The position numbers and the translations under genes were made by a program. 64,000 nucleotides of DNA from an uncultured Methanoregulaceae archaeon (GTDB taxonomy: Archaea; Halobacteriota; Methanomicrobia; Methanomicrobiales; Methanospirillaceae). Every line of letters starts with the position of its first letter. Position 1 is the first letter of the stretch. The stretch spans positions 256,001 to 320,000 of the forward strand of contig CAWJAX010000002.1 in assembly GCA_963841015.1 (NCBI GenBank). The letters are read 5' to 3'. Below, piece after piece: positions 50,531-60,992 of this stretch. Under the pieces are notes generated by a model. It worked only from the letters and a program-made list of their open reading frames with translations. It was not told the origin of the DNA and made no database searches.

Positions 50531-52159
50531 ATGGCCGTTATCACCCTTCCTTACAGGTACCTCGAGCGGCTTACTCGCACCGACCGGAAGACAATCCTCG
50601 AGAAGGTACCCCTCATCGGTTCGGACGTGGAACGTACCGAGGAAGACCATGCAGACGTGGAGTTCTTCCCCGACCGTCCCGATCTCTTCAGTCCGGAAGG
50701 CGTTGCCCGGGCAATGCGGGGATATCTCGGGATCGAAACCGGTCTGCCCTCGTACCCGGTCAGACCCTCGGGGATCTCTTTCACCATCGACCCGAAGCTG
50801 GCAGACATCCGTCCCATACTCGGCGCCGCCGTGATCCGCGGGGTCTCGTTCGATGACGAGTCGATCCAGAGCATCATGTCCCTGCAGGAATCGCTCCACT
50901 GGGCGGTAGGCCGGGGCCGGAGCAAGGTTGCGATCGGCATCCATGACATGGATACCATAAAGCCGCCGTTCCGGTATATTGCATCGCCGCGGACCCGGAA
51001 GTTCGTACCGCTTGATTATACTGAAGAGATGACCATGGACGAGATCCTCGAGAAGCACCCGAAAGGCCGGGACTATGCGAAGATAGTCAAAGACTTCCCG
51101 CTCTTCCCGCTCATTGTTGATCGGGACGACAATGTCCTCTCGTTCCCCCCGATCATCAACGGCGAGCGGACACGGGTGACCATCGACTCGAAGAACATCC
51201 TGCTCGATACGACCGGCACCGACCCGCGGGCTGTCGGTGTTGCAGTCAACATAATCTGCACGGCAATGGCCGAGGCAGGGGCTGCCATCGAGAGCGTGGA
51301 GATAGGTGGAGTACAGACTCCGACTCTTGCTCCCTCTGAACGGACAGTAAACGTGAAAGAGTGCTCCAGGCTTCTCGGTGTTGAGCTGACAGCTTCGTCA
51401 ATGGCCGGTCTCCTCAAAAAGATGCGCTTTGGTGCAGAACCTGCAGGAAAAGGCAAGGTAAAAGTCCAGGTGCCCTGCTACCGAGCCGATATCATGCATG
51501 ACTGGGACCTCTTCGAGGACGTGGCAATTGCGTACGGGTACGACAAACTCGAATCCCACCCCCCAAAGACCTTCACCGTGGGAAAACCCCACCCGGTGCA
51601 GGTCAACGCCGCCCTTGCCCGCGAGGTGTTCACGGGCCTCGGGTACCTTGAAGTGATGCCATTCACCCTCACGAACAAGGACGTTCTCTACAGGATGATG
51701 CAGCGCCCCGAAACAAAGGGCGTCCTCCATGTCATGCACCCGATCAGCATCGAGAACACCGTCGTAAGGACCGAGCTCCTCCCCCTGCTCCTCGAGTTCC
51801 TTACTATTAACCGGCACCGGGAACTGCCCCAGCGCCTCTTCACCGTGGGCGACGTTGTTTTGGACTGCCGTACCCACCAGCAGGCAGCCGGTGTCAGCAC
51901 CCACGCGGACGCGGACTTCTCGGAAACGTATGCCTCAGCTGATGCGGTGCTGCACGAGCTCTCCATCGTCTATACCGTGAAGGAATCGGCAGACCCGGCG
52001 TTCATTGACGGACGCCGTGGGGATATAGTCGTAGCGGGAAAAGCCGTAGGCGTCTTTGGCGAGATTCATCCTGCTGTGCTGAACGCATTTGAGCTTGAGC
52101 ACCCCGTTGCCGCATTTGAGTTCGATCTCAGAGCCGTACAGGGATACCCCTGCCTCTGA
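50531..52159 (+). CDS. pheT: Phenylalanine--tRNA ligase beta subunit
   Basis: It contains [39 protein letters not shown] and FGEIHP. Confidence 0.97.
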   Translation: MAVITLPYRYLERLTRTDRKTILEKVPLIGSDVERTEEDHADVEFFPDRPDLFSPEGVARAMRGYLGIETGLPSYPVRPSGISFTIDPKLADIRPILGAAVIRGVSFDDESIQSIMSLQESLHWAVGRGRSKVAIGIHDMDTIKPPFRYIASPRTRKFVPLDYTEEMTMDEILEKHPKGRDYAKIVKDFPLFPLIVDRDDNVLSFPPIINGERTRVTIDSKNILLDTTGTDPRAVGVAVNIICTAMAEAGAAIESVEIGGVQTPTLAPSERTVNVKECSRLLGVELTASSMAGLLKKMRFGAEPAGKGKVKVQVPCYRADIMHDWDLFEDVAIAYGYDKLESHPPKTFTVGKPHPVQVNAALAREVFTGLGYLEVMPFTLTNKDVLYRMMQRPETKGVLHVMHPISIENTVVRTELLPLLLEFLTINRHRELPQRLFTVGDVVLDCRTHQQAAGVSTHADADFSETYASADAVLHELSIVYTVKESADPAFIDGRRGDIVVAGKAVGVFGEIHPAVLNAFELEHPVAAFEFDLRAVQGYPCL

Positions 52160-52934
52160 GATACTGTTTTACGTCCCTGATGGTGAATTCACCGTAGTGA
52201 AATACGCTTGCTGCAAGGCAGGCATCGGCTTTTCCTTTGGTAAACCCGTCATAGAAATGCGCGAGTGTTCCAACCCCCCCGCTTGCAATGACCGGAATCC
52301 CGGCTGCATCGGAAATTGCGGAGGTGATGGCAATATCAAACCCGTTCTTTGTGCCATCTGTTTCCATACTGGTCAGGAGGATCTCGCCGGCGCCCCGTTC
52401 CTCGGCCTCTTTTGCCCACCTGATGGCATCAATACCGGTAGGTTTACTCCCCCCGTAAATGACCACCTCATACCAGCATGTGCGTCCATTGTCCAGATAA
52501 ACAGGGGTTGACGTGTTATTGGGCGTGAAATTCCGCCGCACATCCATAGCGACCACGATGCACTGCGTGCCAAACGCTTCGGCTCCTCTTGTGATCAGGG
52601 TGGGATCGTGTACAGCACTCGTATTGATACTCACCTTATCGGCTCCTGCCCGGAGGATCTGCTGGATATCATCAAGTGACCTGAGACCTCCCCCTACGGT
52701 AAGCGGCAGGAAGAGCTCGTCTGCAGCTCGTTGAATGAGCTCAATGATGATACCCCGCTTCTCCCTGGAGGCGGTGATATCAAGGAATACCACTTCGTCT
52801 GCACCCTGCTCGTTGTACCGCCCGGCAAGCTCCACCGGGTTTCCGGCATCGCGGAGCCCGAGAAAGTTCGTGCCTTTCACCACCCTGCCATCCTTGAGAT
52901 CAAGACAGGGTATGATTCGTCGCGTCAGCACCAT
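52128..52934 (-). CDS. hisF: Imidazole glycerol phosphate synthase cyclase subunit
   Basis: It contains [41 protein letters not shown] and LAASVFH. Confidence 0.97.
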   Translation of the reverse strand: MVLTRRIIPCLDLKDGRVVKGTNFLGLRDAGNPVELAGRYNEQGADEVVFLDITASREKRGIIIELIQRAADELFLPLTVGGGLRSLDDIQQILRAGADKVSINTSAVHDPTLITRGAEAFGTQCIVVAMDVRRNFTPNNTSTPVYLDNGRTCWYEVVIYGGSKPTGIDAIRWAKEAEERGAGEILLTSMETDGTKNGFDIAITSAISDAAGIPVIASGGVGTLAHFYDGFTKGKADACLAASVFHYGEFTIRDVKQYLRGRGIPVRL

Positions 52935-53081
52935 TGGATACACCTTGAACGGCGGATACTATCTACATTTCCTATTGGTTATTCATTCGCGGAGTTTTTA
53001 TGTAACTTGCCGTGCCTATTCATAGGGTAGTCAGTTACCGGGCGGCTGCTTTTTAAAGCCCCCATCGGATGAGGATGTTTC

Positions 53082-54308
53082 ATGAGCTCAGGAAAGCTGA
53101 AGATTGAATGGGCTGCGCAGTACATGCCGGTACTTGCCGCCATAAAAAAAGAGTTTGAGAAGAAGAAACCATTCGCCGGTATGACGATTGGCATGGCGCT
53201 CCATGTTGAGGCCAAGACCGCAAACCTGGTCTCTGCACTTGCAGCCGGGGGTGCTGAGGTATACATCACCGGATGCAATCCGCTTTCCACGCAGGATGAT
53301 GTGGCCGATGCCCTCAATGACGTCAGGAATGTCCACTGCTTTGCAAAGCGTGCGTGTTCGGTTGACGAGTACTATGCTGCTATTGACCAGGTGCTCGATG
53401 CCAGGCCGGTCATCACCATCGATGACGGGATGGACCTCATCCATTACATTCACACAAAACGCCGGGACCTCATCAAGAAGGTGATCGGTGGCTGCGAAGA
53501 GACCACGACCGGTATCCACCGCCTGAGGGCTATGGCTGCTGAAGGGAAGCTCGAATTTCCGGTTATCGCCGTGAACGATACCCCCATGAAGCGGTTCTTT
53601 GATAATGTCCATGGGACCGGGGAAAGTGCCCTCTCCTCGATCATGATTACGACGAACACCCTCATCGCCGGGAAATACTTCGTGGTTGCCGGTTATGGCT
53701 TCTGCGGGAGAGGACTTGCAAAGAAAGCCCACGGGCTCGGGGCAAAAATTATCGTGACCGAGATTGACCCTCGACGTGCACTTGAGGCCCACATGGACGG
53801 GTTCATGGTCATGTCCATGGACGAGGCAGCAGCGATAGGAGATATCTTCGTCACGACAACCGGCAACGTTGCAGTCATTGCCGCAAGGCACTTCAGGAAG
53901 CTGAAAAATGGTGCGATCCTCTCAAATGCCGGTCATTTCAATGTTGAGATCGATATCGAATGGCTCCACAAGAACGCCGATAAAGTCATCCAGCGGGATG
54001 GAATCGAGACGTTCGTGATTAAAGGAAAATCTGTCCACGTCCTTGCCGAGGGCCGGCTTGTCAACCTCGCCACACCCAAAGGCATGGGTCACCCGATCGA
54101 GGTCATGGACTTAAGCTTTGCCCTGCAGGCGCTCTGCACTCTCCATATAGCCAAGAACGGCAGGAAGATGAAGGGCGGTGTATACGATGTCCCGCAGGAA
54201 ATTGATGAACAGGTTGCTAACCTGAAACTTTCATCCCTCGGACTCTCCCTTGATAAGATGACCAACGAGCAGAAAAAATATCTCTGCAGCTGGGATAGCG
54301 GTACCTGA
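53082..54308 (+). CDS. ahcY: Adenosylhomocysteinase
   Basis: It contains CNPLSTQD, DDGMD, EETTTG, FDNVHGTG, GYGFCGRG, GHFNVEID and EGRLVNL. Confidence 0.97.
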   Translation: MSSGKLKIEWAAQYMPVLAAIKKEFEKKKPFAGMTIGMALHVEAKTANLVSALAAGGAEVYITGCNPLSTQDDVADALNDVRNVHCFAKRACSVDEYYAAIDQVLDARPVITIDDGMDLIHYIHTKRRDLIKKVIGGCEETTTGIHRLRAMAAEGKLEFPVIAVNDTPMKRFFDNVHGTGESALSSIMITTNTLIAGKYFVVAGYGFCGRGLAKKAHGLGAKIIVTEIDPRRALEAHMDGFMVMSMDEAAAIGDIFVTTTGNVAVIAARHFRKLKNGAILSNAGHFNVEIDIEWLHKNADKVIQRDGIETFVIKGKSVHVLAEGRLVNLATPKGMGHPIEVMDLSFALQALCTLHIAKNGRKMKGGVYDVPQEIDEQVANLKLSSLGLSLDKMTNEQKKYLCSWDSGT

Positions 54309-54561
54309 GGACACTTTATAAAAAACGATTAGGGAGCTTCCTTCATCAGAAGTTCCCTCCGCACCGGCTAAGTTGGGAGCTCTCTCTCTCTTCGTGTTCT
54401 TAGCTCAGACTGAATTCTTGCGAAGTGGAATGCTTGTCCATCCCCAAGGTGAGTGTATCATAGCATGATAACGCATGAGTAAAAAATGTCAACATGTATT
54501 GAATCCTAACCTAAAAATTTTAAAAAAATATCAAAGCTGTTTTTAAGGAATATCCAGGCTC

Positions 54562-55407
54562 TCAGCCTTCTCTCGCCGCGTACAGGTACTCCTGCGCATA
54601 CCCGCAGTATTCCCCGAAATGCTCCCGGGCAAAGCGGCGCACTGCATCATATTCCCGGGCTGTTAAATGAGGACCCGCACTCAGATCCGGGAGATAATTC
54701 TGCTGCATTATCCGGTGTATCCAGACATCGACCGGGAACGCCTCGTACTTCTGGAAGGCAAAAAGAAGAACACAGTCAGCTGCTTTAGGTCCTACACCCT
54801 TAAGTTTCATCAGTTCACGTCGTGCATCCTCAAATGACAGAGCAGAAATGGCAGCTTCCCACTTTTTCAGATTGGTGATCTCACAGGAAGTATCAAAGAT
54901 ATAGGGAGTGCGATAACCCAGTTTGCAGTCAGGGAGGATATGCTCCCCGCACGAGATTGAGGAGGGTCCAGGGAAGGTATAATATGTGTTTCCTTCGAAT
55001 TCAATCGCTTTGCCAAACTGCTTTGCAATGGAAGATATTCTGCGCCGGATCGTAGGGATATTCGAATTGGTCGAACAGATATAGGACACAAGGCACTCCC
55101 ATTTCGGCTGACGGATTAAGCGCAGTCCGGTGCATCGACTGAGTGCGGTATGGATGAAGGGATCGCGGTCAATGGATGCCAGAATGGGGTGGAGGTCCAT
55201 ATCCAAAGAAAAATAGCGGGTAATAAATGATGCCGGCGCGCCTTCAAATGTAAGCCGGACACCAACCTGCCGTATTCTGATAACACGCTCGCCGATAACA
55301 CCATACCACCATCCATCAGCGGTGCGATCCCATCGGAATACCTGACCACAGCCAAGCGTCTGATCAAGTGAAAACTGCTGGTTATGAGAGAGTGTTATAT
55401 CGGGCAT
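54562..55407 (-). CDS. ogg: 8-oxoguanine DNA glycosylase/AP lyase (OGG1-like)
   Basis: It contains TLGCGQVFRW, SYICS.NSNI, LGYR, the HhH motif LKGVGPKAADC, FPVD and GYAQEYL. Confidence 0.92.
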   Translation of the reverse strand: MPDITLSHNQQFSLDQTLGCGQVFRWDRTADGWWYGVIGERVIRIRQVGVRLTFEGAPASFITRYFSLDMDLHPILASIDRDPFIHTALSRCTGLRLIRQPKWECLVSYICSTNSNIPTIRRRISSIAKQFGKAIEFEGNTYYTFPGPSSISCGEHILPDCKLGYRTPYIFDTSCEITNLKKWEAAISALSFEDARRELMKLKGVGPKAADCVLLFAFQKYEAFPVDVWIHRIMQQNYLPDLSAGPHLTAREYDAVRRFAREHFGEYCGYAQEYLYAAREG

Positions 55408-55598
55408 ATTCCTCGATGTTGATAAAAGATCTGGTGTTCAAACCATATATGGTATATCGGGAAGTCACCTTTTGGCGGATCAGGATGCGTATCCGGAGCA
55501 TGCTTGGAATATCTCGCTGGAAATATTCCCGGGAAAAAATAAGTTACTTTCGCATCGTAACGAATAGACTTTTAATATATAAATCAATAGTTCTTTTC

Positions 55599-55928
55599 AT
55601 GGAATTAACACAAACGCTTAAAGCATTTATTGAAGAGGGTCAGGATTGGGAGCGTAAAAACACCTCCGTAAAAGGTGTTTCCATCATCAGACTCCCGGCG
55701 ACAAAGAACCGTGCAGCCTCTCTTGCTATCGATATTAATCCGATTGGGGAACATGGTCTGCCCATGAAGAAAAAAGGGATCATGATCATGAATGCCGTAG
55801 AACTTGCCGCGTTCAGGGCAGCTTTCACGAATGAAAAAGTTGATGGTCTTATCAAGGCTCTTGAAGATGTCCTTCCCGAGCGTAAAGCAGCAGCAAAAAC
55901 CTCCAAGACAGATGTTGTTCAGATATAA
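55599..55928 (+). CDS. Hypothetical protein of unknown function
   Basis: It is a 109-aa ORF (WERKNTSVKGVSIIRLP...INP..G.PMKKKG) after a TTTAATATATAAA TATA-like box. Confidence 0.75.
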   Translation: MELTQTLKAFIEEGQDWERKNTSVKGVSIIRLPATKNRAASLAIDINPIGEHGLPMKKKGIMIMNAVELAAFRAAFTNEKVDGLIKALEDVLPERKAAAKTSKTDVVQI

Positions 55929-55970
55929 CAGGGACAACTACCGGTAGCTTCCAGGTAAAAAAGGAGGGAT

Positions 55971-56457
55971 TTGTATAAAAAAATGGTGGGTAATATACGT
56001 TATCCTGATTATTGCTCTCATACTGACAGCAGGCTGTCTTGGCTCGAAAACCCCTCCTGTGTCACGTCCCCCTGCACCTGCTGTGCTGGTTGATTACTAC
56101 CGGACTGGGGGTATTGCAGGCTTTGATGACCGTCTGGTCATTTTCGATAATGGTGTTGCTGTGGTTTCGAGTAAGACCGTCAATCAGGAGATTGCGATAA
56201 ACCAAACCGATATCGACAGGATTGTCACACTCTTTAATCAGTCACAGTTCTCCCTGCTTGAAGCGAATTATTCGGCTCGCCCCGGAAGTGCAGATTTAAT
56301 GAAATACACCGTTAGTTACCATAGCAAAACGGTCATCGCTGAGGACTCAGTGGTACCCCCCTCACTGCAACCGGTTATCGATGAATTGAACCGGATCCTG
56401 ACTATGGCTGCCAGTTTGAAACAAACCTCTGGCATGGGGGCAAATATTCCCGGGTAA
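55971..56457 (+). pseudogene. Lipoprotein with emfourin-like domain; the start is separated by an A7 run (+1 frameshift)
   Basis: GGAGGG precedes a TTG at 55971. With A6 in place of A7 the frame reads MYKKWWVIYVILIIALILTAGC and continues into RTGGIAG...ADLMKY. Confidence 0.65.
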
Positions 56458-56716
56458 AAGGTCCGGAATTTTTGTGAATTCACCTTTTTTTATTCCGTCA
56501 GTGGGGAGTACCTGAAGATCCTGTTACGGGCTCAGCACATTGCTGCCTTTTCCCCTTCCGGGAAAAAAGGCTTCAAAAACAGAAGTTCTTGCCGTATCAG
56601 GTATCCCTCCGGGGCGTTTTCTCCCAGTGAAGATTGGGGACCAAAGAAGAGTTCGATTTGGCGGCCAGGCGATAACGGTCCGGAATGGGACAATCGTCCT
56701 GTAATTAAAAAAAATA

Positions 56717-57610
56717 TTATTTTTTCTCGTACAGGCACGACTGAATATCGTGTCCCAGTTTTCCGATCGCATCTGCCCGGCACCGCTGGCAGTGGCGCAT
56801 CTGTTTGACATATTTCCCGCACTCATCCTGCATTTTACGTTTCATCTCGGGTGTTGGCGGTGTAATATCGGCAAACTTGTATTGTGCAATAAGGGGGATG
56901 ACATTGAAAGTATACACACCCATCTCACCAACCCTTTTAGCGATCTCCGGAATATGATCTTCGTTGATGCCCGGGATATAGACCGTGTTGATTTTCACAA
57001 TCATATGCCGCTTCACGGCTTCTTCAATCCCTTTTAACTGCTGGGAGAGGAGAATTTTTGCACCTTCGAGCCCGTTGTAGCGCTTGCCCTTATAATCGAT
57101 AAACTGGTAGATCTTAGCGCCAATTTCCGGGTCAATTGCGTTCAGCGTCACCGTAACATTGCCTACGTCATATTTCTCGAGCAGGTCGATCTTCTCGGGG
57201 AGCAATAATCCGTTTGTACTTATGCACTTGATGACATTGGGGTACTGTTCGTGAAGGCGGCGGAGTGTTTCAAAGGTCTCTTCATTTGCAAGGGGTTCTC
57301 CCGGTCCTGCGATACCAACGACCTTGATATAATCATATTTGTCCACAACTTTTTTGACCATGTCCATGGATTCATCAGGATTAAGTACCCTTGTTGTGAC
57401 CCCCGGGCGGCTCTCGTTCACGCAGTCAAAGTCACGAATACAATAGTTGCACTGGATATTGCATTTGGGTGCTACCGGAATATGACAACGCCCGAATGTG
57501 TGGCATGCTTTTTCGGAAAAACAGGGGTGCTCCTGGATCTTGCGCATCTGTGCCGGGTCCCACTGTACTTTCCTGCCCGCAACATCTGCAATTCTTACAT
57601 CATCAGACAT
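56717..57610 (-). CDS. nifB: Radical SAM protein NifB (short form, no NifX domain)
   Basis: It has the HPC, CNIQCNYC, ESRP, AGPG, TVTLN and CQRCRADA motifs diagnostic of NifB. Confidence 0.9.
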   Translation of the reverse strand: MSDDVRIADVAGRKVQWDPAQMRKIQEHPCFSEKACHTFGRCHIPVAPKCNIQCNYCIRDFDCVNESRPGVTTRVLNPDESMDMVKKVVDKYDYIKVVGIAGPGEPLANEETFETLRRLHEQYPNVIKCISTNGLLLPEKIDLLEKYDVGNVTVTLNAIDPEIGAKIYQFIDYKGKRYNGLEGAKILLSQQLKGIEEAVKRHMIVKINTVYIPGINEDHIPEIAKRVGEMGVYTFNVIPLIAQYKFADITPPTPEMKRKMQDECGKYVKQMRHCQRCRADAIGKLGHDIQSCLYEKK

Positions 57611-57705
57611 ATTCAACACCACTACGTGCGCTGTGAATGTATAAATAAAGTGCAATCGTGATAGTGCGAGTCACTTCTCCCCATAATCCCCCTGTTATCC
57701 CCACA

Positions 57706-57841
57706 GATGCGATAACGCCCGAACAGGTGCTATGTTATCGTCGCTAAGTGCTGGGCGGTATGGGGGGAAAGACACTGTCCCCCTCCTTCATCGTTCCTGC
57801 ATTTTGAATTTCATTTCAATGGAAAATGAGAACTACAGAGC
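57706..57841 (+). repeat. Dispersed intergenic repeat, copy B
   Basis: It is about 80% identical by eye to 9103-9234. Confidence 0.85.
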
Positions 57842-57875
57842 AAATCTTTTAAAAAAAAACAGATTTAGGATACCA

Positions 57876-57948
57876 TGGGCCCGCCGGATTCGAACCGGCG
57901 ACCTCCGCCGTGTAAGGGCGACGTCATAACCGACTAGACCACGAGCCC
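57876..57948 (-). tRNA. tRNA-Val (TAC)
   Basis: The minus strand reads GGGCTCGTGGTCTAGTCGGTTATGACG-TCGCC-CTTACAC-GGCGG-AGGTCGCCGGTTCGAATCCGGCGGGCCCA. CCA is not encoded. Confidence 0.96.
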
Positions 57949-58095
57949 GGTCTCTTACTAATGTTTCCCTGCACCCTATTAACATTGTTGCTCTCCTTCA
58001 AATGACGGCCATTGATCCTGCACAAAGTATGATAACAGGAACAGGTTTCAGGATTGCAGAAAGAAAAAATGACAGAAAAAAAGATGTTAATTTTT

Positions 58096-58992
58096 TTATT
58101 CTTTCTTGAGTTTTATATCAATGGCATATTTTTCTGCATTCCTGTCAGCCATTGCCTGGATAGCAGCGATCTCGGCATCCTGGCGTTTTGGTTTGAACAG
58201 GTGGCGGAACCGTTTCTGGGTCTTGAGATATTCTTCAACCGGTTTGCGGACGACCTTTTTTGCTTTGACTACTTTACCGTCAATCATTTCATAGTTGACC
58301 CAGAGTCCTGTTTCTATTGCCAGTTTAGCAATAGCGATAGTCTGCTCGCCTTCAAAGCCCCAGCCGGTACAGCAGGGTGCGTGAACCTGGACATAGCATG
58401 GACCCTTGGTATTGATCGCCTTCTCAACCTTCTGCATGAGATCAGCGGGATAAGCGATTGAAGCGGTAGCAACATAAGGTGCACCATGTGCCGCCAGAAT
58501 CTGCGGCATGTCCTTTTTCGGACGTTTGTTCCCAAACGAGCATTTCCCTGCGGGGCTCGTTGTCGTACTGGCATCGTATGGTGTTGCACCGGAACGCTGG
58601 ATGCCGGTGTTCATGTAGGCTTCATTGTCGTAGCATATGTAGGTAAAGTCATGACCGCGTTCAAAGGCGCCGCTGATGCAAATCATACCGATATCGAAGG
58701 TAGCCCCGTCACCTGCCATGATCACCACTTTCTCCGTCCTGCCTTGTTTTTTGAGCGCCGCCTCAACACCGGATGCAACTGCAGAGGCATTTTCAAAGAG
58801 GGAGTGAATCCATGGTACTTTCCAGGCAGTCTCCGGGTAGGGTGTGGAGAACACTTCCATGCACCCCGTGGAGGAAACAACAATGGTATTTGTGCCTGAA
58901 GCTTTTGTTACCAGTCTTGCCGCCAGTGCAGCACCACATCCGCCGCATGCCCGGTGTCCGCAATCAAATAATTCCAGGGTTTTATCGACCAT
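58096..58992 (-). CDS. porB: Pyruvate synthase beta subunit
   Basis: It contains [19 protein letters not shown], the TPP motif [17 protein letters not shown] and APCCTGW. Confidence 0.95.
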   Translation of the reverse strand: MVDKTLELFDCGHRACGGCGAALAARLVTKASGTNTIVVSSTGCMEVFSTPYPETAWKVPWIHSLFENASAVASGVEAALKKQGRTEKVVIMAGDGATFDIGMICISGAFERGHDFTYICYDNEAYMNTGIQRSGATPYDASTTTSPAGKCSFGNKRPKKDMPQILAAHGAPYVATASIAYPADLMQKVEKAINTKGPCYVQVHAPCCTGWGFEGEQTIAIAKLAIETGLWVNYEMIDGKVVKAKKVVRKPVEEYLKTQKRFRHLFKPKRQDAEIAAIQAMADRNAEKYAIDIKLKKE

Positions 58993-58993
58993 T

Positions 58994-60148
58994 TCAGAGC
59001 ACCTCCCTGCGCAGTCCATAGAATATATCGCCCTCTCCTTTCTCAATGAGAGCGACTATCGCTTTGATATCTTTCTTTCTGACGTCTCTCCCCCCAAGGC
59101 CGATGATATAATCTTTGACCGGGATGCCGGAACCATAGAGTGCATCCTTGACCTCAAGGGCAACCGCCCCTTTTGCACCCAGTGAAATGTTCTTGTCGAG
59201 CACGGCAACTCTCTTTACGTGAGCAAGAGCCTTAGCCACATCCTCTGAGGGAAACGGGCGGAAGATTCGGATCTTGAGCAGGCCGACTTTCCTGCCTTCA
59301 TCACGCATCTCATCGATTGCGTCCTTCGTTGTACCGCAGATAGAGCCCATCGCGACGATGGCCGTGTCAGCATCTTCAAGGCGATAGCCTTCGACCATCG
59401 CACTATAATCCCTCCCGAACATCTGGCCGAATTCCTTTCCAGCCTTCTGGATGATTGCTTTTGATGCCTTGAGGGCTCGGTCCATTTCATACCTGAATTC
59501 AAGGTAATAATCCGGTGTGGCATACATGCCGAAACTGATAGGGTCAGCTGCATCAAGCCGTTCGTAGGGCGTGAATTTCGGAAGGAACCGATCAATATCC
59601 TCCTGCGTGAGCATATCGATGGGTTCGTACGTATGGGAAAGAATGAAGCCGTCAAAGCAGACAAATGCGGGGAGCAGGACAGAATGTTCTTCTGCAACGC
59701 GGTAGGCAAGGAAGTGCAAGTCTGTTGCTTCTTGGTTGTCCTCCGCATAAAACTGCAGCCAGCCTGAGTCGCGGAGAGATATGGAGTCCTGCTGGTCATT
59801 CCATATGGAAAGGGGTGCACCAAGTGCCCGGTTGGCAATGGTCATCACAATCGGGAGACGCATGCCGGCAGCATTAAAGCAGACCTCAAACATAAGGGCG
59901 AGCCCCTGTGACGTAGTTGCAGAATAGGTGCGGGAACCTGCAGCGCTCGCACCGACACAGGCAGAGAGCGCTGATAATTCATTCTCGACAGTGATATATT
60001 CCGCATCCAGCTGACAATTTGCAACCATATCGGCGAGGGCTTCGACAATATGAGTCTGTGGCGTGATCGGGTAAGCAGAGATCACCTGCGGGCGACAGAG
60101 CCTGACTGCTTCTGCCACCGCATGTGACCCTTCAGTTATCTCCATCAT
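58994..60148 (-). CDS. porA: Pyruvate synthase alpha subunit
   Basis: It contains [29 protein letters not shown] and GLGGRD. Confidence 0.96.
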   Translation of the reverse strand: MMEITEGSHAVAEAVRLCRPQVISAYPITPQTHIVEALADMVANCQLDAEYITVENELSALSACVGASAAGSRTYSATTSQGLALMFEVCFNAAGMRLPIVMTIANRALGAPLSIWNDQQDSISLRDSGWLQFYAEDNQEATDLHFLAYRVAEEHSVLLPAFVCFDGFILSHTYEPIDMLTQEDIDRFLPKFTPYERLDAADPISFGMYATPDYYLEFRYEMDRALKASKAIIQKAGKEFGQMFGRDYSAMVEGYRLEDADTAIVAMGSICGTTKDAIDEMRDEGRKVGLLKIRIFRPFPSEDVAKALAHVKRVAVLDKNISLGAKGAVALEVKDALYGSGIPVKDYIIGLGGRDVRKKDIKAIVALIEKGEGDIFYGLRREVL

Positions 60149-60409
60149 CTACTTCTCCTCCTGTTTCATCGTGATCGCTTCGCCCGGGCATTCTTCGGCA
60201 CAGATCCCACATCCCTTGCAGTACGTGTAATCAGGCACAACGAATCCCTCCTCAGTCTCGTGGACGCATCCCTCCGGACAAAGTGTCACACACAATCCGC
60301 AATGAGTACATTTCTCCTTATCATAATCCGGCTTGAAGACACGCCACGAGCCGGTTTTGTTGTCACGGGATTTCCCCGGTCGTGCCCTGCATCCGACTGC
60401 CAGTGACAT
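60149..60409 (-). CDS. porD: Pyruvate synthase delta subunit (2x4Fe-4S)
   Basis: It contains KTGSWRVFKP, CTHCGLCVTLCP and YCKGCGICAEECP. Confidence 0.95.
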   Translation of the reverse strand: MSLAVGCRARPGKSRDNKTGSWRVFKPDYDKEKCTHCGLCVTLCPEGCVHETEEGFVVPDYTYCKGCGICAEECPGEAITMKQEEK

Positions 60410-60951
60410 TATGCACCTTCCTGTACCTTTGCAAATGCCTGACGGGCAGCTTCGATATTTTTTAGTGCAAGTTCCTTTGGGAAACGGTGATTGAGAGCAT
60501 TTTCCAGCGCGGAAAATTTTATCTCCCCCGATGCAGCGGCAAAAGCTCCCATAAGTGATGTGTTGGTGATGGGAAGCCCGATTGCCTTCAATGCAATGGT
60601 TGTTGCATCAATGGTGATCAATTTCACACCCTCCGGCACCTTATAGTCAGGTACTTTTTCCGTGTTCACAATCACAATACCCCCCTTCTTTACCCCCTGG
60701 AACACGTTCACGTCTTTGATTAAAGTGCTGTCCTGCACAATGATATAATCCGGCTCATAGACCTGGCTCCGTTTGCGGATTATTTTGTCATCAAATCGAA
60801 CAAAAGCCTGGACTGGTGCCCCCCGCCGCTCGACACCAAATGCCGGGAAGGCCTGGGCAAAGACGCCCCCTTCGAATGCAGCGACGGCAATAAGTTCAGC
60901 AGCAGTGACAGAACCCTGGCCGCCCCTGCCGTGGATACGTAACTCTCTCAA
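60409..60951 (-). CDS. porC: Pyruvate synthase gamma subunit
   Basis: It contains HGRGGQGSVT, FGVERRGAPV and IDAT.IA. The start codon is TTG. Confidence 0.95.
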   Translation of the reverse strand: MRELRIHGRGGQGSVTAAELIAVAAFEGGVFAQAFPAFGVERRGAPVQAFVRFDDKIIRKRSQVYEPDYIIVQDSTLIKDVNVFQGVKKGGIVIVNTEKVPDYKVPEGVKLITIDATTIALKAIGLPITNTSLMGAFAAASGEIKFSALENALNHRFPKELALKNIEAARQAFAKVQEGA

Positions 60952-60992
60952 GAAAAATCCCCAATAATCTTACATGATTAATCGATATAAAT

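Noticed and set aside
54341-54350. Hammerhead ribozyme or C/D box RNA suggested by CUGAUGA
   Set aside because: The motif lies in a single hairpin loop, without the GAAA/UH three-stem core or a downstream D box.
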